Below, in pieces: positions 36,446 through 49,431 of a DNA stretch of 64,000 nt (within the stretch, counting starts at the first letter, position 1; each line of letters starts with the position of its first letter). The translations under genes were made by a program, and so were the position numbers. The stretch comes from Nemertoderma westbladi. Its lineage: Eukaryota; Animalia; Xenacoelomorpha. Below the pieces are notes generated by a model. It was not told the origin of the DNA and did no database searches. It worked only from the letters and a program-made list of their open reading frames with translations. The DNA lies in assembly GCA_032718475.1 (NCBI GenBank), contig JAUCBJ010000877.1, forward strand, positions 1 through 64,000, read 5' to 3'.

Positions 36446-37031
36446 TGTTTTTGGCTATAAAATGAGTGTTTTGCTACGTCATGTGGTAATCGATTATCGA
36501 CAACAACCACAAACTATTAAATATAGAGTCTTTTTACCACAGGCAGGCGCATATGGAAATCTATCTCATAGTCTATAAATCATGGAATCATGGAATGTTT
36601 TGGCAAAGGCATAGTGAAATCAACTGTCTGACAGTCCAGAAATCAGCAGTCTGACAGTTTGAAGAAATACATACATAAAAAGTGACAATAAAAGTCATTA
36701 AATGGACAACAAAAGTCATTATGCATAATTCGTAAAAAAAAAGTGACAAAAAAAGTCAAATAAATTGACATAAAAAATCACTGCCCTTAAGAATATAATA
36801 CAATTGATGGACTCTTCCTCTAGGTTCTAGGATAGAGGCCAGGCCTCTTTACAGCTTTAATCTTTGTAAAATACTGTCATATCGTACAATACAGCAGTAA
36901 CTGGACATTTAATGTAGGTAAATAATACGTATTACAGATATAATATAAATAATACTTTCCCTCACTTAATAATTATCATTGCTAATTCGCCGGGATGTGG
37001 TTTTAATTCACCAAGATAGGTATTCGATAAT

Positions 37032-37062
<31 letters not shown>

Positions 37063-37734
37063 ATCATGCCTCCTGTGAAACATATTGACTCCTACTGTAT
37101 ATCTGTACAGATTGATGATTGCTTGTTGATTTAGTGTATTTAATACTGGCCAAGATTAGCAAGTAAATCACATAACAACCAATCAAACAGAACATCCCAT
37201 AACAACTCAAAGCATTTATAAAACAGGCAATATCATTGGATGTTCACAAAATGATCGCTTGGGTTTTTACTCTCATGTCGACTGAACGAGCAACAACGAG
37301 TTATATTGAGCAACAACGAGATATATTGAGCAACAATGAACAATAACAAAGTACAACAACGAGCAACAATGAGCAACAACGAGTAATATTGAGCAACAAC
37401 GAGCAACAATTAGCAATAATAAAGTACAACGAGAAACAACGAGCAACAATGAGGAACAACGATTGAATGAGCAATAATAAAGTACAACAACGAGAAACAA
37501 TGAGTAACAATGAGCAATAATGAGCAACAACGAGCAATAATAGAGTACAACGAGCAATATTGAAGTACAACTAACGAGCAACAATGAGCACCAACAAGCA
37601 ACAATGACCAACAATGAGAAATAATAAAGCACAACGAGCAGCAATGCAGCAATGAGCAACAACGAGCAACAAACTGCGTCGAACCGGATTGAATGTGGCG
37701 GAGAGCCACGTTCAAGTGAGCAAAGCCTTAGCAT

Positions 37735-38891
37735 TAGAGTTCGACCGGAGCTATTTTTTTTGCTGGAGCCGGGTACCGGACCGGAGCAACCTAAAAGTGC
37801 CGGAGCCGGGGCCGGAGCCAGACCGGAGCAACATTGTTTGTTATTTAGCCTTGAGTTTGCCGTAATTAATTTTGCAGATAGCTCAGGGGGGGGGGGGGGG
37901 GGGGGCTCTATACTGCTTTACATAATCAATTAACGGATATGTATCTGTCTATCTAGTACGGTAGTAATAGCATAGATCTACAGACTGACAGACCTATCAG
38001 CCTATACCTGTATTGTATAGGCCTGGCCTACTGAGTACTGATAAAATATAATCTATATTATATATAGGCCTACGGTCATTCGGGTACTGCCTGACAGCTG
38101 GACAGCCTGGCCGATGTACTAGCTAACTGGCAGACTGGATTGGAATGGAACTAATTCTGTTACTGCAGTAAGTACTGGCAGACTGGTAGCAATTAAAGCT
38201 AGGTCTTGTAGTCTTGGGTAAGTGGAAGGCTGTCAGACTCATAGGCCTACAGCTGTACAGCGAAAGACAGTCAGACAACAGGACAATGCAACTACTAGGA
38301 TCGGCATGCTGCGCCGGCTTGTCAACAAAATTGCACCGCCACAACTCCCTATCACCCATGACATTTGCTAGATCATCCGCATCTTCAAGGCCAGTGTCCT
38401 TTAAGATGCGTCTCAAGAAAGTCATGGGCTGTCCACCATGCTTATTCACCCCATGAGGCTGCCAAAGTACAAGATTATGCACTGGCTGGTCCTCACAGCG
38501 AAAGCAATGTCCTGCAAATCGGAGGCGATTTTGTTCTAGTGTCATGCTTGGGGGAACCAATGAGACACCTCCATGTTATATAGTGTCTGGTTGGAGATGT
38601 GTGCATTGTACTTGACACAATGAACCCGGCGTAGCATTCTTGTGAATGTGCCATCCAGAGATTTGGTGTCCTCAGCAGTTAGAGCACAGCATGGACAATG
38701 CAACAGCAATAGGCAGATAGGCCTACAGTGTTTAGCCTACGGCCATACCGTAATACTAATACATTCGGCAGTACAGTCTGCCAGTAGACGTTGATCAGTT
38801 TGCAGACGGACGTCCGGTGTCTGGCTGTATGTTCAATGTTTGCCTTGCCTATCCATGTAGCTATCCGAGCTATCTATCCGTCCAAATCCTA
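37735..38891. mobile_element. hAT-like non-autonomous element with an 8-bp TSD
   Basis: TSD CTTAGCAT at 37727-37734 and 38892-38899. TAG...CTA termini with an imperfect TIR (TAGAGTTCGACCGGA vs TAGGATTTGGACGGA) and CCGGAG subterminal repeats. The empty site is at ~34195 in H1b. Confidence 0.82.
38293..38692 (-). mobile_element. 5'-truncated RTE LINE, same family as 6261-6798
   Basis: Encodes RLRFAGHCFRCEDQPVHNLVLWQPHG; TAGTAG tail; 12-bp TSD GGACAATGCAAC at 38281-38292 and 38693-38704. Confidence 0.9.
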
Positions 38892-40352
38892 CTTAGCATA
38901 CGGGTGCTATTAACAAGTTGTCTGTCGTCGTTGTAACTTTTTTATCGCTAATAACTCGGTCATTCCTTGATGAAATTAAACGAAACTTAGTATGTACTAC
39001 ATACTAAGTAGGCCTATGTAGTCTGTCAAAAGGGTCATTCCATGCTAATTCGACCAATCGGTGTGGCAAGGGTCGGAAATTTTTGACGAAATTTTAACCA
39101 CTTATCAATTCTAGTGAAAAAACGATGTGGTGAAAATTTCAGCCGATTTGGTTTAGCCGTTCTCGAAATATTGATGTTTTAAATTTGGCAAAATTCCAAA
39201 AACCAGTGAAGTACATTATTTGAAGTGGTGTCTGCAGTTGATCTGATTATCAGTTTAAAGTTAATTGTATGTGATTCTAAATAAACGATGCCTGAACTTC
39301 AATATTTTTATTACTAAATGAATAAACTATTAATCAGAAAGTTGTCAGACGATTTCAAAGTTGCCTCAAAAATGCGAATTTTTGAAAAATGTCCACATTT
39401 GAGACCTCAGTACATTAGTCTGACAACTAGTTTATCTGTTATTTTAGTTTCCCCGGTTAGAATGACTCATAATGATTCGAATCATATAACTTTAGTAAGT
39501 AAACTGATAATCAGATAGTCTGTATGACTGAATATCTGGGTGAAGAATCTGAAAAATGTCAAAAAATGCAATATTTGAGGCTCTGGTGGAGAGCTCTGAT
39601 TATAGCTATGTTCATGAGCTTTTTTACATGACATCTTTGACACAAAATGAGCCCCATGTCAAAATTTGAAGAGTAAACTATAAGTTCTAGAGCGTGTGTG
39701 ACTCATTTTAATATTCTAATAAATTAAAATTTTAAATGGTCCTCAAGGTGGTCTGACAATTAGTTTTTTGATAAAAATATATTTTTTCAAATGATACCCG
39801 GGCAGAAGACTATATTTCAAAATTTAAAGCAAAAACTAACAGTCAGACCCATTATCTGACCTACTATTGAATTATTTAGAGTAAGTATCTGATCGCGTGC
39901 TGCTCGAATTCTCGCTCGCTCGATATAAATCGATTTTATCCAACTATTATTATAATATAACAGTATAACAATACATTAATTCGAAATATAAATCAAAACA
40001 GCCAGACAAACAAAAATATATTTCGTTTTTGATGTTAAGTAATAGTAGGCCAAATAATAATTAAAATTAATTAAAAATGCCGCAATATGGCAAGTTTTGG
40101 TAAATGGATACATACATTTTTCAAATGATGTAATAATGACAAAAATACTTCGTAATATAAATCAACAACAGCCAGACACATATATTATTAGTATTATCAG
40201 TATATTATTAGTTTGGATTAGTATAAGAAATTAATTAGGCCCCTACTGTAGTATAAAAATCACAGCTGCTCATTGGCCCAGAGCCGAATGCCTGTATGAC
40301 GAGGCCTACTCTACTGTGCTAAGTTTAAGTGGGGTATCACAATAAAAAAATA

Positions 40353-40825
40353 TTAAATTCGAATAGTACAGTCTGACAGTACATATAAATTTATCCGAAC
40401 AGTATAAGGCCTTAATGAACTACACAATTCTCTAGTATGACCTTCATTTATGAACTGATCAACAGTACTGTTATATAAATTTTGGTCGTTTATTGCACAA
40501 CAATACTGATCGTTTTTGTAACATGTACATATAGTTTTCAATGATATACGGTAATTAATACGGTGATAATTTACTTAACTACTCTTAAGTTTTATTGTTA
40601 TATTTTGAAAATTGTAATTTTTTATGTATTAATTACCGATATCATTGAAAAATATATGTACATGTTACAAAAACTATCAGTATTGTTGTGCAATAACCGA
40701 CCAAAATTTATATACCAGTACTGTTGATCAGTTCATAAATGAAGGTCACACTAGAGAATTGTGTAGTTCATTAAGGCCTTATACTGTTCGGATAAATTTT
40801 TATGTACTGTACTATTCGAATTTAA
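40353..40825. mobile_element. Foldback MITE: ~205-bp inverted arms, ~65-bp spacer, TTAA at both ends
   Basis: 40353-~40561 is the near-perfect reverse complement of ~40626-40825. The near-identical ORFs called on opposite strands are a by-product of this. Confidence 0.88.
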
Positions 40826-41022
40826 CAGAACTTGTAATAGTTGGAAGAATAGTACGGTACCGGTCTGCCGGTAGGTAAGCAGGTAAGGCAGTAAGGGATG
40901 TAGAACAGCATACTGAAGTATCTAAGTCAGTAGGCTACTGTAGTAAGTACTGGTATAACAGCAGTGCTAGTGTGTGGTGTTGTGTGGGCGCCGACAGCCG
41001 AGCAGCTCCAAGCTTTTTTAAG

Positions 41023-41345
41023 TCTGTAACCTGCTCCTTTCCCTGATTTGGTAAAGTGATTGTTTATTGTTTTGGTTAGAAAATCCCGCCTCTGTAACCT
41101 GCTCCTTTCTCTCAATTGGTAATGTTATCGTTTATTGTTTTGGTTAGAAAATCCCGTCTCTGTAACCTGCTCCTTTCCCTGATTTGCTAAAGTGACTGTT
41201 TATTGTTTTGGTTAGAAAATCCCGCCTCTGTAACCTGCTCCTTTCCCTCAATTAGTTAAATGATCGTATATTGTTTTGGTTAGAAAGGCCTGCCTCTGTA
41301 ACCTGCTCCTTTCCTTCATTTGGTAAAGTGACTGTTTATTGTTTT
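41023..41345. repeat. 68-bp satellite array
   Basis: Same unit as at 32101. Confidence 0.9.
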
Positions 41346-41397
41346 GTATAATTTTTGTAAGTTTTAGTAGTAATAAGTTTTGTTTATTGTATAATTC

Positions 41398-41530
41398 AGG
41401 GGGGGGGGGGCATAATTTCCTAAGGGGGGCATTTTTTCCTAGGGAAATTTGCCCGGGGGGGCATTTTTTCCTAGGAAAATATGCCCCCCCGGGCACATTT
41501 CCCGGGGGGGCATATTTTCCTGTTACACCG
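41398..41530. mobile_element. Isolated DNA-transposon terminus (...GGGGGGCATATTTTCCTGTTACACCGG)
   Basis: Repeated GGGGGGCATWTTTTCCT motifs ending in ACACCGG. The partner end was not found. Confidence 0.4.
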
Positions 41531-42937
41531 GCACCGGTACTGCTATAGGCCTACTGTGTAGCCTACCATTTAAATACGGTAATGGTAGGCCTACAGGTTG
41601 TGCTAATAAATTTTAAATAATTGATAGGCCAAACTGGATTGCAGGATTGTGGAAAATGTGGATATACCTTTCACATAATTTAGGCCTATTACTGTATTAG
41701 TTTTATAATCAATAATGGATCATGACTACTGTCTGAAATAGTAGTGTTACGGATAACCTGCTCCTTTCCCTGATTTGGTAAAGTGACTGTTTTTTGTTTT
41801 GGTTAGAAAATCCGGCCTTACTGCTCCTTTCCCTCAATTAGTTAAGTGATCGTTTATTGTTTTGGTTAGATAATCCCGCCTCTGTAACCTGCTCCTTTCC
41901 CTCAATTGGTAATGTTATCGTTTATTGTTTTGGTTAGAAAATCCCGCCTCTTTAACCTGCTCCTTTCTCTCAATTGGTAATGTTATCGTTTATTGTTTTG
42001 GTTAGAAAATCCCGTCTCTGTAACCTGCTCCTTTCCCTCAATTAGTTAAATGATGGTTTATTGTTTTGGTTAGAAAATCCCGCCTCTGTAACCTGCTCCT
42101 TTCCCTGAATTGGTAAAGTGACCGTTTATTGTTTTGGTTAGAAAGGCCCGCCTCTGTAACCTGCACCTTTCCCTCAATTAGTTAAATGATCGTTTATTGT
42201 TTTGGTTAGAAAATCCCGCCTCTGTAACCTGCTCCTTTCCCTCAATTAGTTAAGTGATCGTTTATTGTTTTGGTTAGAAAATTCCGTCTCTGTAACCTGT
42301 CCCTTTCCCTCAATTAGTTAAATGATCGTTTATTGTTTTGGTTAGAAAATCCCGCCTCTGTAACCTGCTCCTTTCCCTCAATAAGTTACGTGATCGTTTA
42401 TTGTTTTGATTAGAAAATCCCGCCTCTGTAACCTGCTCCTTTTCCTCAATTAGTTAAGTGATCGTTTATTGTTTTTGTTAGAAAATCCCGTCTCTGTAAC
42501 CTGCTCCTTTCCCTGATTTGGTAAAGTGACTGTTTATTGTTTTGGTTAGAAAACTCGGTCTTAACCTGCTCCTTTCCATCAATTGGTAATTGTTTTTGGC
42601 TATAAAATGAGTGTTTTGCTACGTCATGTGGTAATCGATTATAGACAACAACCACAAACTATTAAATATAGAGTCTTTTTACCACAGGCGCATATGCAAA
42701 TCTATCTCATATTCTATAAATCATGGAATGTTTTGGCACAGGCATAGTGAAATCAACTGTCTGACAGTCCAGAAATCATCAGTCTGACAGTTTAAGAAAT
42801 ACATACATAAAAAGTCATTAAAAGGACAATAAAAGTCATTAAAAGGACAACAAAACAACAAAAGTCATTATGCATAATTCGTAAAAAAAAAATGACAAAA
42901 AAAGTCAAATAAAAGGACATAAAAAATCACTGCCTTA
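41527..42937 (+). repeat. Duplicated block (unique flank + 68-bp array at 41754-42590 + unique flank), paralogous to 31855-32274 plus 36026-36788
   Basis: 41527-41755 matches 31855-32075, and 42560-42937 matches 36415-36788. Both end in AAAAATCACTGCC(C)TTAA. Confidence 0.88.
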
Positions 42938-43327
42938 ATAAACAATGATGTAATGTTCCACTTCACCCCTTTTTCTGTTTCACTTGACCTCGTTTTAGAA
43001 AACATACCGGTACGTTTTTATACTGTTATAGATTTTATTTGGTACTATTTGGTTCCCACTATCTGACTATGTAAAAATCAAAGCAGTATAATATATGGTC
43101 ATGTAAAAATACAAAGCATTGTCATCAGGTTACATAATTCTGTAATTGGTTGTACCAGATGTAATTTTCAGAACTAGCTGTATAGATTTCATACTATATA
43201 TTGTTTCCATGTCTGCATGTAATTCTAAGTGTCCCCTTTCCTGATAAAATATTACGTTTGATAGTTACTTTATTATTGGGAATAATCAATTTAATGGTGC
43301 TGATGCTGTGATGTGAGTATTTTTGTA

Positions 43328-44710
43328 CTGTAAACCGGGGTGACTTGAGACACTTATTTTATGTGTCCAATCATAGCTTTTGATGAGGTTATCCCCACAA
43401 AGTCATTTAAAGCATTTATTATAGAAGAACACCTGGGGAATGTCATTACATAATGTTTTTTTAACAAAAACATTATGTAGTGACATTTTTTTTTGATTTA
43501 GCGTTGTCTCAAGTCACCCCACTGGGTGGGGTGACTTGATACTGACTTGAAATCCAATAGAAACTCAAATTAGCACAAGCTTACATATCATTTAAAGACG
43601 TAAAGGGGGTGACTTGATGCAATGTTACAGTTTTAAAAAAATTCGCCACAAAACAATTCCCCAATGGGGGTTTGTTTTGTAGCAAATACTGCATTATATT
43701 TCTAAAGCACAATGGTTATACAAAAAATTTAAGAATGAAGGTTACACAAAAGTTACATGTTAGAAAAGTAATATTGCATAGAAATATATAGATATAGAAA
43801 TATTGCACAAGGATGTGATTGCATATAATTACAGTATTATAAGTTCACTATTTATCAGTTTATATAGAACATTAGAACTTAGAATTACAGTATAAGTTCA
43901 CTATTTATCAGTTTATATAGAACATTAGAACTTAGAATTACAGTATAAGTTCACTATTTATCAGTTTATATAGAACATTAGAACTTGAAGTCCTCTCTTA
44001 TTCTGCATTAATATGGTCCAACAAAAGAAAATCTGCATAGATTCCCCCCTCACTGTCCTCCATATTGTCATTTCTGGTATCTTCACAAATGCCTCCTCCG
44101 ATGCAGCGATTGCAATACCAATCTATATCTACGTTGTATGTACTAGGCGGGGTACAATTTCCACAATACCACTTGTTACATTTATCACATTGGATCCAGG
44201 GAAATTCATCATGTAAATACCACTTCTTTGAACAATTCTCACAAATATCATCAGCTGATTCAACACAACCGGGTTCAGTGGCATCGATATCTTCACCAAC
44301 ACCCAAGCCTTCAATATCCCCATCAGTTTCACAGCTATCACTGCTGCTGTCACGGTCATCAACCTCAGTATCACCGCTCGAACTACTAGATAAACCAAAA
44401 TCAGTAAATTTGGAACAAATTGCAAAAAACTAGAAGTTACCCGAGATGGAAGTTTTTTTGGGGCAGTTAGATTTTTTCAGGTAATTTAACACTTTCTAAA
44501 ATTGTAATTTTCCTTTTTTTTTATTTTTAGATATCAATAACATTCTATGAAGAAATAACTCAGTCCATGATATATACTAACAAATAACACACTTAATGTA
44601 GTTTTATTCCAATTTCCAAAGTTATCCTTATGCTCAAAATATAAATTTAAAAATTTTGAGTACCTTCTGTATCAAGTCACCCTGCAGTCTCAAGTCACCC
44701 CGGTTTACGG
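43328..44710 (-). mobile_element. Internally deleted pogo-like DNA transposon
   Basis: TA flanks; TIR C(T/C)GTAAACCGGGGTGACTTGAGAC (23/24 match); internal GGGTGACTTGA repeats; a 53-bp unit repeated three times at ~43829-43987. Confidence 0.88.
43998..44430 (-). pseudogene. C-terminal PHD-finger remnant of a pogo-like transposase
   Basis: An acidic linker followed by CENC...WIQCDKCNKWYCGNC...WYCNRC, inside the TIRs. No DDE domain remains. Confidence 0.7.
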
Positions 44711-44796
44711 TAATCAATTACCAAAACAAAAAATTATTTTGTTTCACTCCACCATCACCATGCATGTTTCACTTCACCCCCGATGACGGTACCCAT

Positions 44797-45313
44797 CAGT
44801 TGGGGAGAAGATCTATTTTCAACCGAGTTGAAATTTCAACTTTATTTTTTAAAATTCAACTTTTTATTAAAATTCAACTTTTGGAGTAGAGTTTAAAATT
44901 AAACTTTTTTTTAAAATTCAACTTTTGGAGTAGCTTTGGAGATACTGAAATATGGAATTGGAATCCATTACTGGTATTCCATTGTATACCATAATAATTA
45001 TGACAAACAGCGGTAATTTCAAACATCTAATAAATTCCCGTAGTACCGGTATTTCAGCTAATTTGCAAATGTAATCACTTAAAATGTTTAAAAAAAAGTA
45101 TTCCCAACGGTGAAAGTTTTTATTCCATCGGTAATGGAGGGTTTATTTTTCGAGTTACATCCATAAAAACAATAAAAACACCCCTTCTGTGACGTCTTGG
45201 GACCCTTCTGCGCCTCCTGCCATTTTAGAGTTGAATTTACAACTTAAAAGTTTAATTAAAAAAAAAAAGTTTCAAATTTCAACTCAGTTGAAATTTGAAC
45301 TTCTCCCCGATTG
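44797..45313. mobile_element. MITE with ~40-bp imperfect TIRs
   Basis: CAGTTGGGGAGAAGATCTATTTTCAACCGAGTTGAAATTT versus AAATTTCAACTCAGTTGAAATTTGAACTTCTCCCCGATTG. No TSD recognised. Confidence 0.6.
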
Positions 45314-47403
45314 CAGTCTAGTCCACTAGCCCAATCGGGAAACACAGGCATTTCCAGATTGGGCAATAAATGTTTCCCGATCGGGAAAAATTATCATAAC
45401 ATTTCTGCGCATTCAGGCATTGACCGGTTAGGACGCAGGATGGGGCATGTCAAAATTGACATGGACATGTCAATATTGACATTTTTTTACCTGACGTGTT
45501 CAAATATTTCCAGACCTGTTTTTTAAATATAAAAATCGAAATTATAAGTAGGCCTACTCCTGTATGGAATCCATCTAAAAAGCGCGCCGGATACCGCGCC
45601 GACACAATATGAAGCGCGCCGAGCGCCGACCCAATTTGAAGCGCGCCGAGAGCCGAGGCAATATGAAGAGCGCCGACCCCCCCCCCCCCCCCCCCCCCCC
45701 AACTATCTGAACTACAGTACGCGTAGTGGTAAACTACCAGATAAATATGTTCACATGGATCACTAAGAAGATACAATGCTCGTCATAAGAAGGACAACCT
45801 GCATGCACTGTGCCAGGGGAAATTAGAAAACATGTACTTTCAAGTTCGGCATAACTTAATTATATTTAATTCTATACTAATTTTGGATAACTTGTGTGAG
45901 TACCGACCCGCCCATGCCCGGGGATCCAAAGGGGTATTTATTACATTAAAACTTTGTAAGATACTATAATAGATATAATAATTATTTAAGTAAAGGATAT
46001 AATTAACACATTTGTAACATATTAATTATTTATCACTATTGTATATTAATTACTGTAGTTATGATAAAAAAAAAATACCCGGTCTTTAACTTTTTTATTT
46101 GCTTTGAATAGTGTAAAAAATAATCTACTTTTTCCAATGTATTATTAAATTGTATAATATTTTACAATAAAGTAATATAATAAAATTTTATAACTAAAAT
46201 ACAGATATAACCTACTATTGTTGGTTTGAATGATAAACAAGGGTCTTTTTATAATGATAAAAAGTGCACTTTGTGTAAGTTATTAATTATATTACATTAT
46301 GTCAACTTATCGCTCTTCTGACCGCTGCTATATTAACTGTAAAATTGTATTGTTTAGGAGTATTGATGAAATTCTTATACATTTTTATGCAATTAATTGC
46401 AGTTACTACAACAACCAAATTGAAGGTTTGTGTGTACGGTAAGCAAACTTAGACATACCCTGCAATGGGTGTCAGCCATGCTAGAACGATGGATAGGTTA
46501 TACTCTAAGACACGTTCTAGAACTAGAAGTGTTGAGTCTTTTCATTGTTATGGGGCTTTCATCAGAGAGCTGAATAGTTGACATAATGTGACAATAACAT
46601 GTTTAAAGATACCTATTATGAAAGAATTATGCTAAACTGCTATATTTGGTAAAAACTTACTAGCAAGATACAAAATTTCCGTGATTTCTGATGCCTCATC
46701 AGCATTGAATCGGTCAATCCGCAACTATTAGAGTTGCGTTTCAGCGTTTGTAACTAATGAAATTAATTAAATAATAATTAAGGAAAGGAAACAATACATA
46801 GGGCCTAATCTCGCTCTTAATAAAACCATATAATATTATAAGTAATGCTATAACATCTTAATTATAATTAATGCAGTATAAAAAATTAAGTCGTGTAATA
46901 TAAAAAGCCTTTTTAAAAATCAAGTAAATTATTAGCGTAAATTATTACTTTTTTGCCGTAACTCAACTCCCGATTCTTTATTAAACTCGCTCCACTCAGT
47001 AAATAAAATATCTCGAAATATAATATTATGTACTGTAGACACTTAGAAGTTTTAAAAGATATACGTTTGAGTTTACATACTGTACTGTAGTTAATATCAA
47101 ATCATATAATAATAATAAATATGATTATTATTATATTTTTATAATGATAATAGTTATATTAGCGGAATTAAATACTTCACTAAAATCTAGTCCCTTAATA
47201 TCTCTTAATCCAAACGTACAGTATCATTTGATTGCAAATATAAAATATTAAATAAAACTGAAAACGGCAATAATAATAATAATTATACAAAAATTGAAAA
47301 TAATACAATTTTAACACTTCTCACTGAGCAGCAGGGTCAGGATACGACACGAATGCAATTTTGAGAAAATACGACACTGCAAAAACTACACTGTAATATT
47401 GTA

Positions 47404-49048
47404 CAGTACCGCTTTCAAATAACGTCGTATTGGTTCCTAATAGGATCCTATTAGGATCCAAGTCACTGATTCACTACTATAGGAGTTAGGATTTAATTGG
47501 AAATGAAATTTAGCCCAAATTCCAGACTTGGAGGCACTTAGGATTTGACTTGGATTTCATTAGGAATTTACTTGGAAATCGGCGCTTACTTTGATGTCTG
47601 AAGGTGGACTGACTCAGACTATGCTTGTGCTGGTCTACTTCTTCTCTATCCTGTCAATCATTAAGTTGTATAGAATGGACTAGACTCAGCCTAAAGTTTG
47701 CGTAGTGTTCAGTTCATTACATTGAGGTATGGATATCGATGGAAAATTACACTCCTCCTACTGTACCTTGTATTGCCAGCCTCTGACGTAAATAATAATT
47801 ATTTGAAATATAAACTCTAATAGATGAAATCCACACACATCCGCACATAGTTAACGTCCGTGGGCTGGTGGGCTCTGGAATAATTTGAAATCGTATTGAA
47901 CTTACAAATAAATGTAGGATCACACACTGTATTTATTACTATTCAACATATTTTGAGTAACAAAGAGTAAAACACAATGTTTGTGTAATTATTAATAGAA
48001 TAAATATTAGTTTATTTTCATTTATTAGTTTAATTAATAATTAGACAGGGGCTAAAACTGGGCGACTAATTAAATGTATGTTATCCACGGGAAATTTTCA
48101 TTTCCTATACACATTGACATTCTGCTTACTATATACAAACACTGCTTGCTGTAAGAGGAGTACAGGGGTAGATAATTGGGTGTTCAATTATTATTATAGT
48201 CTTAAAAATAAATATGGCTATTAATTATTAGCAGCCCACTTACTGCCTAACACGCTGTATCTCATTGTGTAGTTAAATATCCGTTCGGCCAATAGTAAGT
48301 CATTGATTAGTCCCCAAGGAGGGCTAGGGTCTAGCCCCCGTATAGTTCCGTATTTAAACATAACACCCACAAAGCACATTACACTCTCCAAGCAGATTCC
48401 GCAACATGTCACAACCCGTATCGCTACCACTACGACAAATAAATGACATAACATCCTACAGGAATTAACAGAGTTTAGTGGTTTGTAACAAACTTAACCT
48501 CTTGGCATATTCATATTAATATTAATTATAAATTATATTTATTATACCATGGAAATGGTAAAATTGCCAGATCTAAAAAGTTCGCACAATAATTTAAATA
48601 AAATTATTAAAAGTTTGACGTCCGAATATAATCAGATTACGCCTTAGCAGCCCAACTACTTGTTGAGGCTCACTCAACGTGTTGGCGGGCCTATTTTACA
48701 CAAGCGGCGATACCTTTACCGTATGGTCAGTTAATGTGTCCAGATGTTGAGTTAAAGCCAGTAGTGTATACTTTGTATATTTAACATTAGCCTATGGGGA
48801 GTATTGTTGTAAGATAAGTCAGGGGAAGGGAAATACAACTCAACCACTAGACAAAGCGGCTCTCTTTACTACTTTCAGCTATCCCGGGAGGTTGATTGAC
48901 AGACACCTCTAGCTTTGATATTTAGCCGCTCTAGGTAGACTTGCATTAGGCAAATTCCAAGTGATTTCCTAAAGGTTATTTATTTCCTATTAGGTTCCTA
49001 TTAGGATCCTATTAGGATCCAATAGGACGTTATTTGAAAGCGTTACTG
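47404..49048. mobile_element. Tc1/mariner-type non-autonomous element, TA-flanked
   Basis: TIR CAGTA(C/A)CGCTTTCAAATAACGTC(G/C)TATTGG; subterminal CCTATTAGG/CCTAATAGG repeats at both ends. It sits inside an older GATACGA-rich element (~47329-49284). Confidence 0.8.
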
Positions 49049-49431
49049 TATAACCTTCACAATAATTTTTATGTAATTTATACATAAATTTTTAGAAAAA
49101 ATGGTAAATAAATCTAGAAAATACGATACCAAATACATAAAATAATTTTTTAGTATTATACGATACGAGGTAAATACAGTACGAAGTAAATTTTTATGAT
49201 TCGATAAAAATTCGATACAAAAAAATAATGTGATACGAAATACGAAAATCCGTGCTCGAATCGTATCGTAACGTGTCCCCGCTGCACAGTATGCTACATG
49301 GTACGGCGGCACTTAATCGGGGCTTATGAATAATTATAAAATATCCTGCAGCGGAACTACAGTTAATTAATTGAGAATAAATAAAAAAAAAATTAAAAAT
49401 AATGAAAGTTCTGATAATCGCCACCATGTAA

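Larger units (their letters stand above)
27590..37278. mobile_element. Mutator-like non-autonomous element with ~160-bp TIRs and a 9-bp TSD
   Basis: TSD CGACTGAAC at 27581-27589 and 37279-37287. ACATGAGAGTAAAAACCCAAGCGATCATTTTGTGAACATCC... (27590-~27755) is inverted at ~37113-37278. Confidence 0.9.
25410..39030 (+). mobile_element. Family H1, copy a (CAGTAGGGAAC terminus), interrupted by three insertions; right end not found
   Basis: Removing 25974-26468, 27590-37278 and 37735-38891 gives a sequence collinear with 32275-34314 of copy b. Confidence 0.8.
24231..44789. mobile_element. Tc1/mariner-superfamily (pogo-like) non-autonomous element expanded to 20.5 kb by nested insertions
   Basis: TA-flanked TIRs: CCGTCGTATGGGGTGAAGTGAAACA at 24231 versus TGTTTCACTTCACCCCCGATGACGG ending at 44789. 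Related subterminal motifs at ~24442, ~42953 and ~44741. Confidence 0.7.

Noticed and set aside
26690-37734. Leu/Val/Cys-rich 'membrane protein' ORFs on the minus strand
   Set aside because: Translations of the GAGCAACAAY array, open in all three frames.
43998-44306. Host PHD-finger gene
   Set aside because: It lies within TA-flanked pogo-like TIRs, and C-terminal PHD fingers are known in such transposases.
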